IMG/VR virus record: IMGVR_UViG_3300035682_000004
Direction: 5' to 3' (one strand)
Source of the DNA: a virus
DNA length: 64,000 bases
The first letter of the stretch is position 1, and each line of letters starts with the position of its first letter. The notes under the pieces are model-generated. The model made no database searches, was not told where the DNA came from, and saw only the letters and a list, made by a program, of their open reading frames with translations. Positions 7,288 through 16,400 of this stretch are shown here, one piece after another. The translations under genes were made by a program, and so were the position numbers.

Positions 7288-7299
7288 TGACGAGTTCGT
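7271..7299 (+). terminator. Stem-loop over the DUF932 stop codon
   Basis: acgaattcgtca / tgacgagttcgt, 12-bp stem. Confidence 0.6.
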
Positions 7300-7349
7300 A
7301 TATATGTATATTAGTAGATAGGTATACACAAAATTAGCGCGCGAGAACT

Positions 7350-7841
7350 ATGGGAAGTTATAAAACCAATAAACAAGTATTAAAAAAATTAACTGTTGAA
7401 GAAGCACAAGCCTTTATTCCGGTTAGTATGGAAAATTCTGATGAATTAGAAAATGCTTATTTTTATACTATGGTTCCTATGGGTAATGGTTGGGATGAAA
7501 TAAATTATTATACTAACCGAAATACTCAAACTTGGAGACAAGGTAAACATAATAGTTGGATTTATATTTTATCTAATAAAACAATGCCTGGCCTTTTTAA
7601 AATTGGTCATACAACAAAACATCCTGATGAACGGGCAAGAGAAATTTCACGATCAACTGGTGTTCCAATTCCGTTTGAAGTTGAATGGGCGTTTGACTGT
7701 TTTGATTCTGATAGATTAGAAGCAGAAATTCATAGAGCATTAGATTCGTTTAGGTATTCATCAAATAAAGAATTTTTTGAAATATCTTTAAATGAAGCAA
7801 AAGAAACTATAAGGAAACTTGGCTCTGCGTATAGGAGTTAG
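7350..7841 (+). CDS. GIY-YIG-like T5orf172-domain protein
   Basis: WIYILSN..MPGLFKIGHT..P.ERA..STGVP.PF..LE.EIH..KEFF. Confidence 0.85.
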   Translation: MGSYKTNKQVLKKLTVEEAQAFIPVSMENSDELENAYFYTMVPMGNGWDEINYYTNRNTQTWRQGKHNSWIYILSNKTMPGLFKIGHTTKHPDERAREISRSTGVPIPFEVEWAFDCFDSDRLEAEIHRALDSFRYSSNKEFFEISLNEAKETIRKLGSAYRS

Positions 7842-7851
7842 TATATTTATA
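7818..7851 (+). promoter_or_regulatory. Composite early (CTTG-N20-TATATTTA) and late (ATATTTATA) promoter for the lipoprotein/tRNA cluster
   Basis: CTTG 7818-21, TATATTTA 7842-49, ATATTTATA 7843-51. Confidence 0.6.
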
Positions 7852-7892
7852 ATACGATAAATTAAACAAATAAAAACCAATAAAAAAAGAAG

Positions 7893-8045
7893 ATGAAAAA
7901 TCTAATTGCAATCGCAGCTTTAGCTGCAATCGTTTTGACTTCATGTCAATTTAACTCAACAAAAGAAACTACAACTACAGATTCAACTTCTGTTGATTCA
8001 ACAGTAGTGGTAGATTCAGTATCTGTTGATACAGTAACTAAGTAA
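7893..8045 (+). CDS. Small lipoprotein, 50 aa, with four D-(S/T)-x motifs
   Basis: MKNLIAIAALAAIVLTSC lipobox; DST, DST, DSV, DTV; read manually. Confidence 0.85.
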   Translation: MKNLIAIAALAAIVLTSCQFNSTKETTTTDSTSVDSTVVVDSVSVDTVTK

Positions 8046-8053
8046 TTAGTTAC

Positions 8054-8126
<73 letters not shown>

Positions 8127-8237
8127 CCCGGATTCATATAAATCGAGCGCAAAACCAATTGCTCCTTAGGTAGAAATATATGAATAAACAACCCGTCACG
8201 GTATGTTCAAAGAACAGGAGTGAACTAAGGAGAAAAT

Positions 8238-8358
8238 AGTCAGGTGGCGGAATAGTAGACGCAACTAGGTAAGTTAAAGGAATTATTAATTCCATAAGAC
8301 CATTAATTCCGAGATGTAAGAGAAATACATCATACAGGTTCAAATCCTGTCCTGATTA
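8238..8358 (+). ncRNA. tRNA-like RNA 2 with a multi-hairpin insert replacing the anticodon arm
   Basis: Acceptor AGTCAGG/CCTGATT-A, Leu-like D-arm GCG-GAATAGTAGA-CGC, T-arm ACAGG-TTCAAAT-CCTGT; 121 nt. Confidence 0.7.
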
Positions 8359-8363
8359 CACAT

Positions 8364-8436
8364 CGCGGAATAGAGCAGTTGGTAGCTCGCTAGGCTCATA
8401 ACCTAGAGGTCGAAGGTTCGAGCCCTTCTTCCGCTA
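8364..8436 (+). tRNA. trnM: tRNA-Met(CAU), probably initiator
   Basis: Anticodon CAT; C1:U72 mismatch and TAGAGCAG D-arm typical of fMet. Confidence 0.9.
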
Positions 8437-8561
8437 CAAAAGCCCTAAGTACACGGGATCGAAAAGCAGCCGTGGCATACCGTAAGATCTGCTCGCTTAA
8501 TAGCTCCTAATCGTTAGTAGGCACAGTTGACAACTCTGGAGGCGATATAAAAGTTGTAATT

Positions 8562-8647
8562 GGAAGATTGGCAGAGTTGGTCTATCGCGACAGTCTTGAA
8601 AACTGTTGTACTGCAAGGTACCGTAGGTTCGAATCCTACATCTTCCG
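8562..8647 (+). tRNA. trnS: tRNA-Ser(UGA)
   Basis: GGAAGAT/ATCTTCC-G, loop CT-TGA-AA, long variable arm. Confidence 0.95.
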
Positions 8648-8652
8648 CTTCT

Positions 8653-8723
8653 TACCCTTTCGTCTAATGGCAGGACAATTGGTTTTGGTCCAATTAATCG
8701 AGGTTCGAGTCCTTGAGGGGTAA
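8653..8723 (+). tRNA. trnQ: tRNA-Gln(UUG)
   Basis: TACCCTT/AGGGGTA; stem ATTGG/CCAAT; loop TT-TTG-GT. Confidence 0.9.
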
Positions 8724-8725
8724 CT

Positions 8726-9085
8726 GTTCTTTGATATATTGGTAGTATAAAATTATAAGGAGACAAATAAAATGGAAACATTATCATTTATTTTAGGAAT
8801 GTCCTCGGTAGTGGTTATTGCAATTGTAATAGTTGCTGTTATAGGATTTTTTAAGGTTAGAAGTGTTGAAAAACAATTTAATGAATACAGACAAAACTTT
8901 ACTGTTGAGTTTGAAAAAAAAACAAAATATATTCATGATAGTATACATCAAGTAAATGATCAATTACATCGTAGAATTGATAACACAGAACGAGAAGTTT
9001 TTTCCCAATTAGACTCTCGATTAGATAAATTGGAAACTAAATTAACAAGTAAATAAATTAAACCCACTACCAATATATTAAGAAC
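8726..9085. repeat. ~20-bp inverted repeat (8726-8746 / 9066-9085) enclosing an ORF between two tRNAs
   Basis: gttctttgatatattggtagt vs actaccaatatattaagaac. Confidence 0.85.
8772..9056 (+). CDS. Membrane-anchored coiled-coil protein
   Basis: N-terminal TM helix; LDSRLDKLE coiled coil. Confidence 0.8.
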   Translation: METLSFILGMSSVVVIAIVIVAVIGFFKVRSVEKQFNEYRQNFTVEFEKKTKYIHDSIHQVNDQLHRRIDNTEREVFSQLDSRLDKLETKLTSK

Positions 9086-9160
9086 GCTCGGTTCGTCTAG
9101 GGGTTAGGACAGGAGATTTTCATTCTTCAAACAGGGGTTCGATTCCCCTACCGAGTACCA
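9086..9160 (+). tRNA. trnE: tRNA-Glu(UUC) with encoded CCA
   Basis: GCTCGGT/ACCGAGT-A-CCA; loop TT-TTC-AT. Confidence 0.95.
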
Positions 9161-9223
9161 TATTTATCATAAAATAGGTTGTCGTCAATTAGTTATATTT
9201 ATCTTTAAATAATTAAAACGATA

Positions 9224-9472
9224 ATGAAAAATATTATAACCTGGTTAGGTGGTCTTTTCAAAGATGAAAAAGGCACACCATCTTCTAAGAGATTCGTAGG
9301 AATCTTATGCGCATTAACATTATGTATTACTATGTACTCTAATTCGTTTACAGAGGCTCATTTTGCTCCTTCTAAAGAATTAGTTGATGCTGTTGCGTTA
9401 CTTGCATTCGGATGTTTAGGTCTTGCATCTGTAGATAAAATTTGGGGTAAGAAAAAAGAAGGAGAAGAATAA
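9224..9472 (+). CDS. Putative holin (2 TM, SSKR motif, charged C-terminus)
   Basis: Two hydrophobic helices; first gene of the cassette that ends in the endolysin. Confidence 0.55.
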   Translation: MKNIITWLGGLFKDEKGTPSSKRFVGILCALTLCITMYSNSFTEAHFAPSKELVDAVALLAFGCLGLASVDKIWGKKKEGEE

Positions 9473-9759
9473 TGGCAGCACCTAAAAAAACAGAAATTAA
9501 AGTTCCTTCAGCAATGCCTGTATCTTTTGAGCAGTTTAGTAAAGATCCTGTAAAAGGTTTATTATTTATTGTATTAGTAGCTATCGGATATTTATATATA
9601 GATGGTAAGATGAACTATACCAAACAGATAGATAATTATAATACAGAAGTAATTATGCTAAATCAAAAAGTTGATAAATTAACTGAACATATTAGAAAAA
9701 GTGATTCAACTTTAGGATATATGATTTCAAAAGTTGAAATGTTACAAATAATAAAATGA
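9472..9759 (+). CDS. TM plus coiled-coil lysis-cassette protein
   Basis: Single TM then heptads; translationally coupled. Confidence 0.6.
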   Translation: MAAPKKTEIKVPSAMPVSFEQFSKDPVKGLLFIVLVAIGYLYIDGKMNYTKQIDNYNTEVIMLNQKVDKLTEHIRKSDSTLGYMISKVEMLQIIK

Positions 9760-10082
9760 GAATAGCTATTATATTTATACTTTTAATGACTGCTGTTTTG
9801 GCTCAATCGCCAAAAGTAGTAGATCCTAAAGAAAAAGAGTTAGATGCTCTTATGTTAAAATCTCAAAACAGGTTAAAGAAGATTAATGTACTTACAAAGC
9901 AAATTGATAAGATGTCTTCGAGCAAGGTAAATGGGATGAAGGAAAGTATAGAAACATTACAAGAAGAAAAAACACAATTAAAAAATGAACTACAAGAAAC
10001 TAAGGCTATTGTTGAGTATAACTCTCCTGATAAGTCTATCCCATTCAGCCTTGAGCCAATCGTATCCGACTCAACGAATTGA
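9756..10082 (+). CDS. Secreted/anchored coiled-coil protein (spanin-like candidate)
   Basis: Signal-like N-terminus and coiled coil; overlaps the next gene out of frame. Confidence 0.55.
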   Translation: MRIAIIFILLMTAVLAQSPKVVDPKEKELDALMLKSQNRLKKINVLTKQIDKMSSSKVNGMKESIETLQEEKTQLKNELQETKAIVEYNSPDKSIPFSLEPIVSDSTN

Positions 10083-10431
10083 GGGTAAGGATACTGTTGT
10101 TATAATGACTAAGAAGCAAGCGGAGAATATCAATATTGTATTTAAGAATACTAAGACTCAGATTGATAAACTCAAGATAGAAATTGATTCTATTACTAAA
10201 ATTAAACCAACTGTAGTTAAAGATACTATCTATAAGCGTGGCTCTATTCTAATCCCTAATGGGAACTATTTGCTTTATAACTTTAATGAAGCAGAGAATA
10301 GATATGAACTAGATCCTAACTCTGTTATAGCTGCTAAAGGTACAGACGATGATACTACTACAAATCTAGATGCAGTCATTACTACTATAGGATTTGTCAC
10401 TATATTTTCTTTATTTATTTTATTATTATAA
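9985..10431 (+). CDS. Signal peptide plus C-terminal TM protein (spanin-like candidate)
   Basis: Signal peptide ending ALS-Q; hydrophobic C-terminal helix. Confidence 0.55.
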   Translation: MNYKKLRLLLSITLLISLSHSALSQSYPTQRIEGKDTVVIMTKKQAENINIVFKNTKTQIDKLKIEIDSITKIKPTVVKDTIYKRGSILIPNGNYLLYNFNEAENRYELDPNSVIAAKGTDDDTTTNLDAVITTIGFVTIFSLFILLL

Positions 10432-10434
10432 CTT

Positions 10435-10905
10435 ATGCAATTATCAAAGTATTTCACATTAGCTGAATTAACTCCTTCAGGAACAGCGAAACGTTTAGGT
10501 ATTAAAAATGATCCAACTCCTGCACATTTAGAGTGCTTAAAAGGATTATCAGTTAATATATTAGACAAAGTAAGAGAACATTTTGGAAAACCAATTTGGG
10601 TTTCTTCAGGTTACCGTTCTAAAGCTTTAAATGAAGTTACTCCAGGTTCTAGTGCTACCTCACAACACTGTTCAGGTGAAGCAGCTGATTTAGATCAGGA
10701 TGGTAGAGGTACAGGTGTATCTAATAAAATGGTATTCGATTATATCAAGGATCATTTGAATTTTGATCAATTAATTTACGAGTACGGAACTGATGCTAAC
10801 CCTGATTGGGTTCATGTTAGCTGGGAATCTACAGGTAAACAAAGAAAGCAAGTATTACGTTGTACTAGAGTAAACGGTAAACCAGTTTATACACCATATA
10901 AGTAA
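10435..10905 (+). CDS. Endolysin, peptidase M15 family
   Basis: SSGYRS, SQH, AAD and WVHVS Zn-peptidase motifs. Confidence 0.9.
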   Translation: MQLSKYFTLAELTPSGTAKRLGIKNDPTPAHLECLKGLSVNILDKVREHFGKPIWVSSGYRSKALNEVTPGSSATSQHCSGEAADLDQDGRGTGVSNKMVFDYIKDHLNFDQLIYEYGTDANPDWVHVSWESTGKQRKQVLRCTRVNGKPVYTPYK

Positions 10906-10954
10906 TTCAATTACAGCTTGGCATTATGACCACTCTTTATTATATATCAGGAGT

Positions 10955-11395
10955 ATGGACATAGATAAAGTATTTAATTCATTTAATGATGGAGAGTTCC
11001 AAGAGGCAATTAATGACCTCAGGGACACTCCTTCTTATTGGATTGGTATGTTTAAAAAACTAATACACAACTATAATAATGGTTATCAATATTTCATGAA
11101 AAATCTTCTAGACTCACTAGAAGATGAACATGATATAGATAAGGATAAAGTAAAAGACACAGTTGAATACTTAACTTATTCTATAGCATACTCATACATT
11201 AAAAGACTTGATATTACCGATTTATCCCACGTATATTACATTACCTTAGCAACTGACGATATGCTGTTGACTAGTATTAAACGTTGTTTATATTACTTTG
11301 AATCAATAGAAAGATATGAAGATTGTGCATATCTAAAATCACTTGAAACAGAAGTAAACAAAATTCTCCTAAAGTTTGGCTCCCCAAGTAAATAA
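10955..11395 (+). CDS. Hypothetical protein with C-terminal UvrB/C-like motif
   Basis: ERYEDCAYLK; variant promoter CTTG-N20-TATATATC at 10917-10948. Confidence 0.65.
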   Translation: MDIDKVFNSFNDGEFQEAINDLRDTPSYWIGMFKKLIHNYNNGYQYFMKNLLDSLEDEHDIDKDKVKDTVEYLTYSIAYSYIKRLDITDLSHVYYITLATDDMLLTSIKRCLYYFESIERYEDCAYLKSLETEVNKILLKFGSPSK

Positions 11396-11406
11396 CATTA
11401 TATTTT
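11375..11406 (+). promoter_or_regulatory. Early/middle promoter variant
   Basis: TTTG-N20-TATATTTT. Confidence 0.65.
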
Positions 11407-11501
11407 AAATACGGGTTTTAAGGATTAAGAGAGATAGGGAATAAGAACGAAACAAGAACAAAAACACCTAAAGAATAAAATGGGTGGTTATAAATAAACA
11501 T

Positions 11502-11699
11502 ATGAGAAATAGAGAAATTTTTAATAGGAAATTAGAGAATTTAGAGTCTAATTTAACTAAAATGTCTTACTTATTAAGACGTCAAGGAACTAAAGATGAG
11601 TATGATGACATGATCACATCTTGTAGAGATCTAATTGAACAGATGAAATCATATATTAATATGGAACCTGTTACACCTAATGAAATCAATAAGTACTAA
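11502..11699 (+). CDS. Small helical hypothetical protein
   Basis: In-frame ATG at 11502. Confidence 0.7.
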   Translation: MRNREIFNRKLENLESNLTKMSYLLRRQGTKDEYDDMITSCRDLIEQMKSYINMEPVTPNEINKY

Positions 11700-11700
11700 T

Positions 11701-12480
11701 ATGTTACAACCGGAACAAATATTAAATAACTGGGAAGAGTTCTTAGGTTATATAGATATGTACATTATGGGAGACCGTGGTACTAAGTTAAAAGCGTTTT
11801 ATGAACAATATTCTGAACGTTTTATGATGATGCCTGCTGCTCATAAGCCTCAATATCATAATTGTTTTCCTGGTGGTTATGTAGATCATGTTAATAGAGT
11901 AATTCAAGGTGCCATAAAAATAGATCGTGTATGGAGGGAAATGGATGTAATTGATACTTATACTACAGAAGAATTAATATTTTCTGCTCTGAATCATGAT
12001 TTAGGTAAATTTGGAACGTTTAAAGAAGAAGCATATCTACCTCAAACTGACCAATGGAGACGAGAAAAATTAAATGAACCCTATATGTTTAATGATCGTT
12101 TAGAGTTTATGTCTGTTCCTGATCGTGGTTTATATATATTATCTCAACTAGGAATTACAGTCACTAAAAATGAAATGTTAACTATTAAGTTACATGATGG
12201 TCTATATGATGAAGCTAATAAACCATACTTAATGTCATGGATGCCAGAAACTAGACCTCGCACTTCATTAATCTATATAGTTCACCAAGCTGACTTAATG
12301 GCGGCAAGAATTGAATTCGAAAGAGAATGGTTACCTAAATTATTAGGTCCTAAAGCAGAAAATAAAGCAAATTTTAATTTAAAAAAAGAAGATAAGAAGA
12401 CACCAGTTAAATCTAAAGCACTAAGTAGTGTTAAAAGTGAAGGTTTAAAAAATGTAATGTCTAATTTCTTCGACGAATAA
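11701..12480 (+). CDS. HD-domain phosphohydrolase (YhaM-like)
   Basis: HN..PGGYVDH, LNHDLGK, LHDG and HQAD motifs. Confidence 0.85.
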   Translation: MLQPEQILNNWEEFLGYIDMYIMGDRGTKLKAFYEQYSERFMMMPAAHKPQYHNCFPGGYVDHVNRVIQGAIKIDRVWREMDVIDTYTTEELIFSALNHDLGKFGTFKEEAYLPQTDQWRREKLNEPYMFNDRLEFMSVPDRGLYILSQLGITVTKNEMLTIKLHDGLYDEANKPYLMSWMPETRPRTSLIYIVHQADLMAARIEFEREWLPKLLGPKAENKANFNLKKEDKKTPVKSKALSSVKSEGLKNVMSNFFDE

Positions 12481-12482
12481 AA

Positions 12483-12749
12483 ATGATATTAATAATATTA
12501 AGTGTATTGGTTGTGATCTTAGGATTCACGACCTTTAACCTTCTAATGAAAAATGAACAAGCCGAAGATATAATCATGTCTCAAGATACATTTATATCTA
12601 AATTTATGGATACAGTTAATAAAGCTGACGCTAAATTAAAACAAATTGATCATAAAGGTTCATTTGAATCAGATGATGAAATTGGATTCTTTTTTAAAGA
12701 AGTAAAAAATATACAAGCAACACTAAATGAGTTCAATAATAAACGCTAG
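12483..12749 (+). CDS. Membrane-anchored hypothetical protein
   Basis: N-terminal TM helix. Confidence 0.7.
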   Translation: MILIILSVLVVILGFTTFNLLMKNEQAEDIIMSQDTFISKFMDTVNKADAKLKQIDHKGSFESDDEIGFFFKEVKNIQATLNEFNNKR

Positions 12750-13449
12750 TAATTTACCTAAGAACCCAAGTTCTACTAGGTATTTTACTCAAGACACAGA
12801 AGATGCTATCGTTGCTTATAATAAGTCTTTAGACTTTGATGAACGTGATAAGATTTATAATAGAAGAATCCATTATGCTTTCTTTAAGCTAACGGAAAAT
12901 ATTATACATACATTTAAATTTTATTATACTGAGGTAGATAATATTGAAGATTTACAACATGAAATTATAACATTTCTATTAAGTAAAATTCATTTATTTG
13001 ATCAAAGTAAAGGTGCTAAAGCGTACTCTTACTTTGGTACTATTGTAAAACGATATTTAATTATATCTAATACTAAAAATTATAAAAAACGTATAGATAA
13101 AGCACCAATTGAGGATTTAGAACAAGACGAAAAACATTCGTATGAAATTGATGATATCCCGCCTAATGAGCGCTTAAATGAGTTCTTAACACTATATACT
13201 GAATACTGTTCTAATAACTTAAAAACGTTATTTCCTAAAGATGGTGATGCTAAAATAGCTGACGCGATTCTTGAGTTATTCCGTAAACGTGAGGTATTAG
13301 ATATATTTAATAAAAAGGCACTTTATATATACATTCGTGAAATAATTGATGTAAAGACACCTAAAATTACTAAAATAGCTAATAAATTAGGTGATATATT
13401 TAAAGAACATTATTTATTTTATATTGAAAACGGATATACAAATTTCTAA
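12727..13449 (+). CDS. Late-transcription sigma factor, T4 gp55-like
   Basis: Sigma region-2-like DLQHE...FDQSKGAKAYSYFGTIVKRYL; located just before the late genes. Confidence 0.65.
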   Translation: MSSIINASNLPKNPSSTRYFTQDTEDAIVAYNKSLDFDERDKIYNRRIHYAFFKLTENIIHTFKFYYTEVDNIEDLQHEIITFLLSKIHLFDQSKGAKAYSYFGTIVKRYLIISNTKNYKKRIDKAPIEDLEQDEKHSYEIDDIPPNERLNEFLTLYTEYCSNNLKTLFPKDGDAKIADAILELFRKREVLDIFNKKALYIYIREIIDVKTPKITKIANKLGDIFKEHYLFYIENGYTNF

Positions 13450-13454
13450 GTATC

Positions 13455-13463
13455 ATATTTATA
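13455..13463 (+). promoter_or_regulatory. Late promoter motif ATATTTATA. Exact copies at 16031, 26517, 31772, 38678, 43706, 55696, 57612; near-variants at 9160, 29727, 52356; ATATGTATA at 7302 and 61909
   Basis: Recurs in the short intergenic gaps upstream of structural and cargo operons. Confidence 0.75.
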
Positions 13464-13473
13464 AATAAAAATC

Positions 13474-13815
13474 ATGAGTAATTTAGAATCAGTTGTTTTT
13501 GGAAACAAAAAATTCTCTGATATCTTAAGCGAGATATACGATAATCAAAAGAAAAAAGAAAAACAAATATCAACTTTAATAGGTGAACTAAAACCATTAA
13601 TTAATGATATTGGTGACGCTACATTAATTGTACCTTTAATCAAAGAATACTTAGAAATAAGTGTCAAAAATGATGAACAATTAATTAAAATGGCAACTAT
13701 TATCCAACGTGCTTTATCTAACTCAGCGGAGGCAGGTAATGGATTTGATTTATCTGATGAAGAAAAAACACAACTATTAGCCGAGATAGATAAAATAAGT
13801 AAAGATGTCAGTTAA
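13474..13815 (+). CDS. Conserved helical late protein (possible terminase small subunit)
   Basis: 113 aa, helical, first gene after a late promoter; function is a guess. Confidence 0.45.
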   Translation: MSNLESVVFGNKKFSDILSEIYDNQKKKEKQISTLIGELKPLINDIGDATLIVPLIKEYLEISVKNDEQLIKMATIIQRALSNSAEAGNGFDLSDEEKTQLLAEIDKISKDVS

Positions 13816-15076
13816 AGGAACAGAAGGACAAGGTACTGTTATTGATCAAAGTAATGTAGGTAATAGAAGTTACGTTACTGATAATCCTTTATTTTTTAGT
13901 AATATAACATCAGCTTATCGTGTTGTAGATATAGTATTAGATGCTAATCATAAACTTTTTGAAAAAGCAGGAAGATGGCAAGGTATAGGTACTATAGCTT
14001 ATGATTCTGTAATAAATCCAAGTGGTAAAGATTCATTTAGTTTGCCATTAGCTAGACCTATATTATCTAATAATAAGGCATATCCATTAATAGGAGAAAT
14101 TGTTTATATAATTGGAGCTCCAAATACAGGCATAGGAGAAGTAACAACCAGTATAAATAGTTATTATATTAGTACTATAGGATTATGGAACACAGCAAAC
14201 CATAACGCGTATCCTGTTAATTCTAATATACCTCCTCCATCCCAACAAAAAACATATACAATGGCTGAGTTAGGAAGTTTAATAACTGTAACCAGCCAGT
14301 ATACTAAACTTGAACTTGGTAATACATTTATTGAACGTGGTTATATTCATTCATTAGTACCTTATGAAGGTGATATGATTTATGAAGGAAGATGGGGTAA
14401 TAGTATTCGTTTTGGATCAACTATTAAAACTAAAGCTCCTGCAGTTTTTGGTTTAAATAATTGGTCACAAGGACCAAGTGAATCTGGAGATCCTATTACT
14501 ATTATTAGAAATGGTCAACCATTAAAAGAAAATAAAACAGCAGGTTATTTACCTATAGTAGAAAATATTAATGAGGATTTAAGTTCTATTTATTTAACTA
14601 GTACACAAACTATACCATTAAATGCATCTAGTATTAGTTATTTTAGTTATCCTAATAACCCACCTCAAGATATAAATAAATTTAATGGTCCTCAATTAAT
14701 ATATAATTCAGGACGTATAGTATTAAATACAAATCAAGATCACTTACTTTTAAGTTCTATTAAATCAGTAAACTTAAACGCTATAGAATCAGTTAATATT
14801 GATGCACCTACAACTATAATTCAATCAGGTAATATATTATTAGGTTCTAAAAATGCTACTGAATCTGTTTTATTAGGTGATAGTACTATTACTACTTTAG
14901 CATCAATACTTGATAATATGGTAGAATTTTTAGATTCTTTAAAAGGAATAATGTCCACAGGTACTGGAACACCATTAGTTGCATTATCAACTCCCGCGTT
15001 TTTTCTATCAACTAAATTAAATGCAATTAAAGGTAATCTTGAAAAAATAAAATCTAACACTGTTAAAACTGTATAA
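13805..15076 (+). CDS. Baseplate hub/spike protein, gp5/VgrG-like
   Basis: OB-fold YPLIGEIVYI, EGDMIYEGRWGNSIRFG, beta-helix-like C-terminus. Confidence 0.7.
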   Translation: MSVKGTEGQGTVIDQSNVGNRSYVTDNPLFFSNITSAYRVVDIVLDANHKLFEKAGRWQGIGTIAYDSVINPSGKDSFSLPLARPILSNNKAYPLIGEIVYIIGAPNTGIGEVTTSINSYYISTIGLWNTANHNAYPVNSNIPPPSQQKTYTMAELGSLITVTSQYTKLELGNTFIERGYIHSLVPYEGDMIYEGRWGNSIRFGSTIKTKAPAVFGLNNWSQGPSESGDPITIIRNGQPLKENKTAGYLPIVENINEDLSSIYLTSTQTIPLNASSISYFSYPNNPPQDINKFNGPQLIYNSGRIVLNTNQDHLLLSSIKSVNLNAIESVNIDAPTTIIQSGNILLGSKNATESVLLGDSTITTLASILDNMVEFLDSLKGIMSTGTGTPLVALSTPAFFLSTKLNAIKGNLEKIKSNTVKTV

Positions 15077-16026
15077 TGGCAACACCAAAAGAATTAGAAC
15101 AGATTAGATTACAAAAAGCAGCAGATGAACAGTTAGTATTAGCTCAGTCTAATACTACAGCATTAAATGCTACTGAAATTTTAAATGCTACTCCATCTGA
15201 TTTAAAAGCACAAGGTATTGCTAAATTACCATCATTATTATTAGTACTTGGTGATCAAATCAAACAAATTATAGAACCTGCGTTAATAAATTTAATTAAA
15301 ACTTATATACAAAAATATATAGATGCTGGTATTTGTGCTGATCAAGCTACTATAGATAAAATAATACAACAACGAAATTTAATAGTTAATCAATTAAATA
15401 AAATTGTTAAAACTTTAACTATTATCACAATATCATTAGCAGTAGCTATTACATTTTTAGATCTTTTAAAATTAGCTATTAAAGGTATTGATTTAGCTAA
15501 ACTTGTAGCTATTGCAGCCGCTATAATATCTCCACCATTATTTCTTACTTTACCTACTACATTACAACAATTAGATTTAGCTAAAATAAAATTACAAACA
15601 GACGAAGAAGGTAATGCTAAAATAGCTAAATATAAAGCAATAATTGGAGGAGCAGCATTAGTATCATCTATTATTGGTGGATTTGTATTAATAGCTATAG
15701 GATTATTAAGTTCTATTGATATTTTCTTAAAAAAATGCGCCCCAGATCAAGCAAATGAATTAGTTCCTATATCTAAAGAAACACAAGATATAGCAGATGT
15801 TCAAGCTCAAGCAACAATAACACAAAATCAAACAACTTATAAAGGCTTTATTATTGAAATTGAATTAGTACCATATACTTCTACTATAACTCGTAGACGA
15901 GCTATTGGTAAAAATCAAGATAGTATTATATTAATTCAAACCGAATTATCATTTACAACTGATGATCAAACATTAATTGATGAATTAAAACTAATTATTG
16001 ATAGAGATAATTTAAAAGCCTATTAA
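15076..16026 (+). CDS. Hydrophobic helical baseplate/tail-associated protein
   Basis: Located between the spike and gp25; amphipathic/TM helices. Confidence 0.55.
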   Translation: MATPKELEQIRLQKAADEQLVLAQSNTTALNATEILNATPSDLKAQGIAKLPSLLLVLGDQIKQIIEPALINLIKTYIQKYIDAGICADQATIDKIIQQRNLIVNQLNKIVKTLTIITISLAVAITFLDLLKLAIKGIDLAKLVAIAAAIISPPLFLTLPTTLQQLDLAKIKLQTDEEGNAKIAKYKAIIGGAALVSSIIGGFVLIAIGLLSSIDIFLKKCAPDQANELVPISKETQDIADVQAQATITQNQTTYKGFIIEIELVPYTSTITRRRAIGKNQDSIILIQTELSFTTDDQTLIDELKLIIDRDNLKAY

Positions 16027-16044
16027 CTTAATATTTATAACACG

Positions 16045-16398
16045 ATGAAATCAGAAGAATTTAAAAAAATCATTAAAGAAGCCGTTCGTGAAGTATTCAT
16101 TGAAGAAATGAAAGAAATACTTTTAGAAGCGGTTAAAGCACCTAAAGCCTCAGTAGGTCAAGGTGGTTATGGAACTGTTACAGAATCAGTAAAACCAATT
16201 AATTCTAAACCATTAGATCCGAACGCTAAAAAAGCAGTTATGGCTAATATTTTAGGTGATATGGCATCTGGTAGAACAATGACAACAGAAGCTCTTACCG
16301 CTAATACATTTATACCTAGAGGAGGAGACGCTGTTAATGGATCTTTACCTGAAGGTAATGTTGGATTAGATCAAATTATGGGTTTATTAAATAAATAA
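16045..16398 (+). CDS. Virion/head protein with K.xEFKxIIKE leader
   Basis: Late promoter; leader shared with the cargo proteins. Confidence 0.6.
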   Translation: MKSEEFKKIIKEAVREVFIEEMKEILLEAVKAPKASVGQGGYGTVTESVKPINSKPLDPNAKKAVMANILGDMASGRTMTTEALTANTFIPRGGDAVNGSLPEGNVGLDQIMGLLNK

Positions 16399-16400
16399 TA

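Noticed and set aside
8127-8560. Assigning the tRNA spacers to known ribozymes (theta/HDV, pistol, twister, hatchet, hammerhead)
   Set aside because: Only fragments match (ctaaggag, aagccctaag); the required catalytic cores are not found, so they are reported as unassigned structures.
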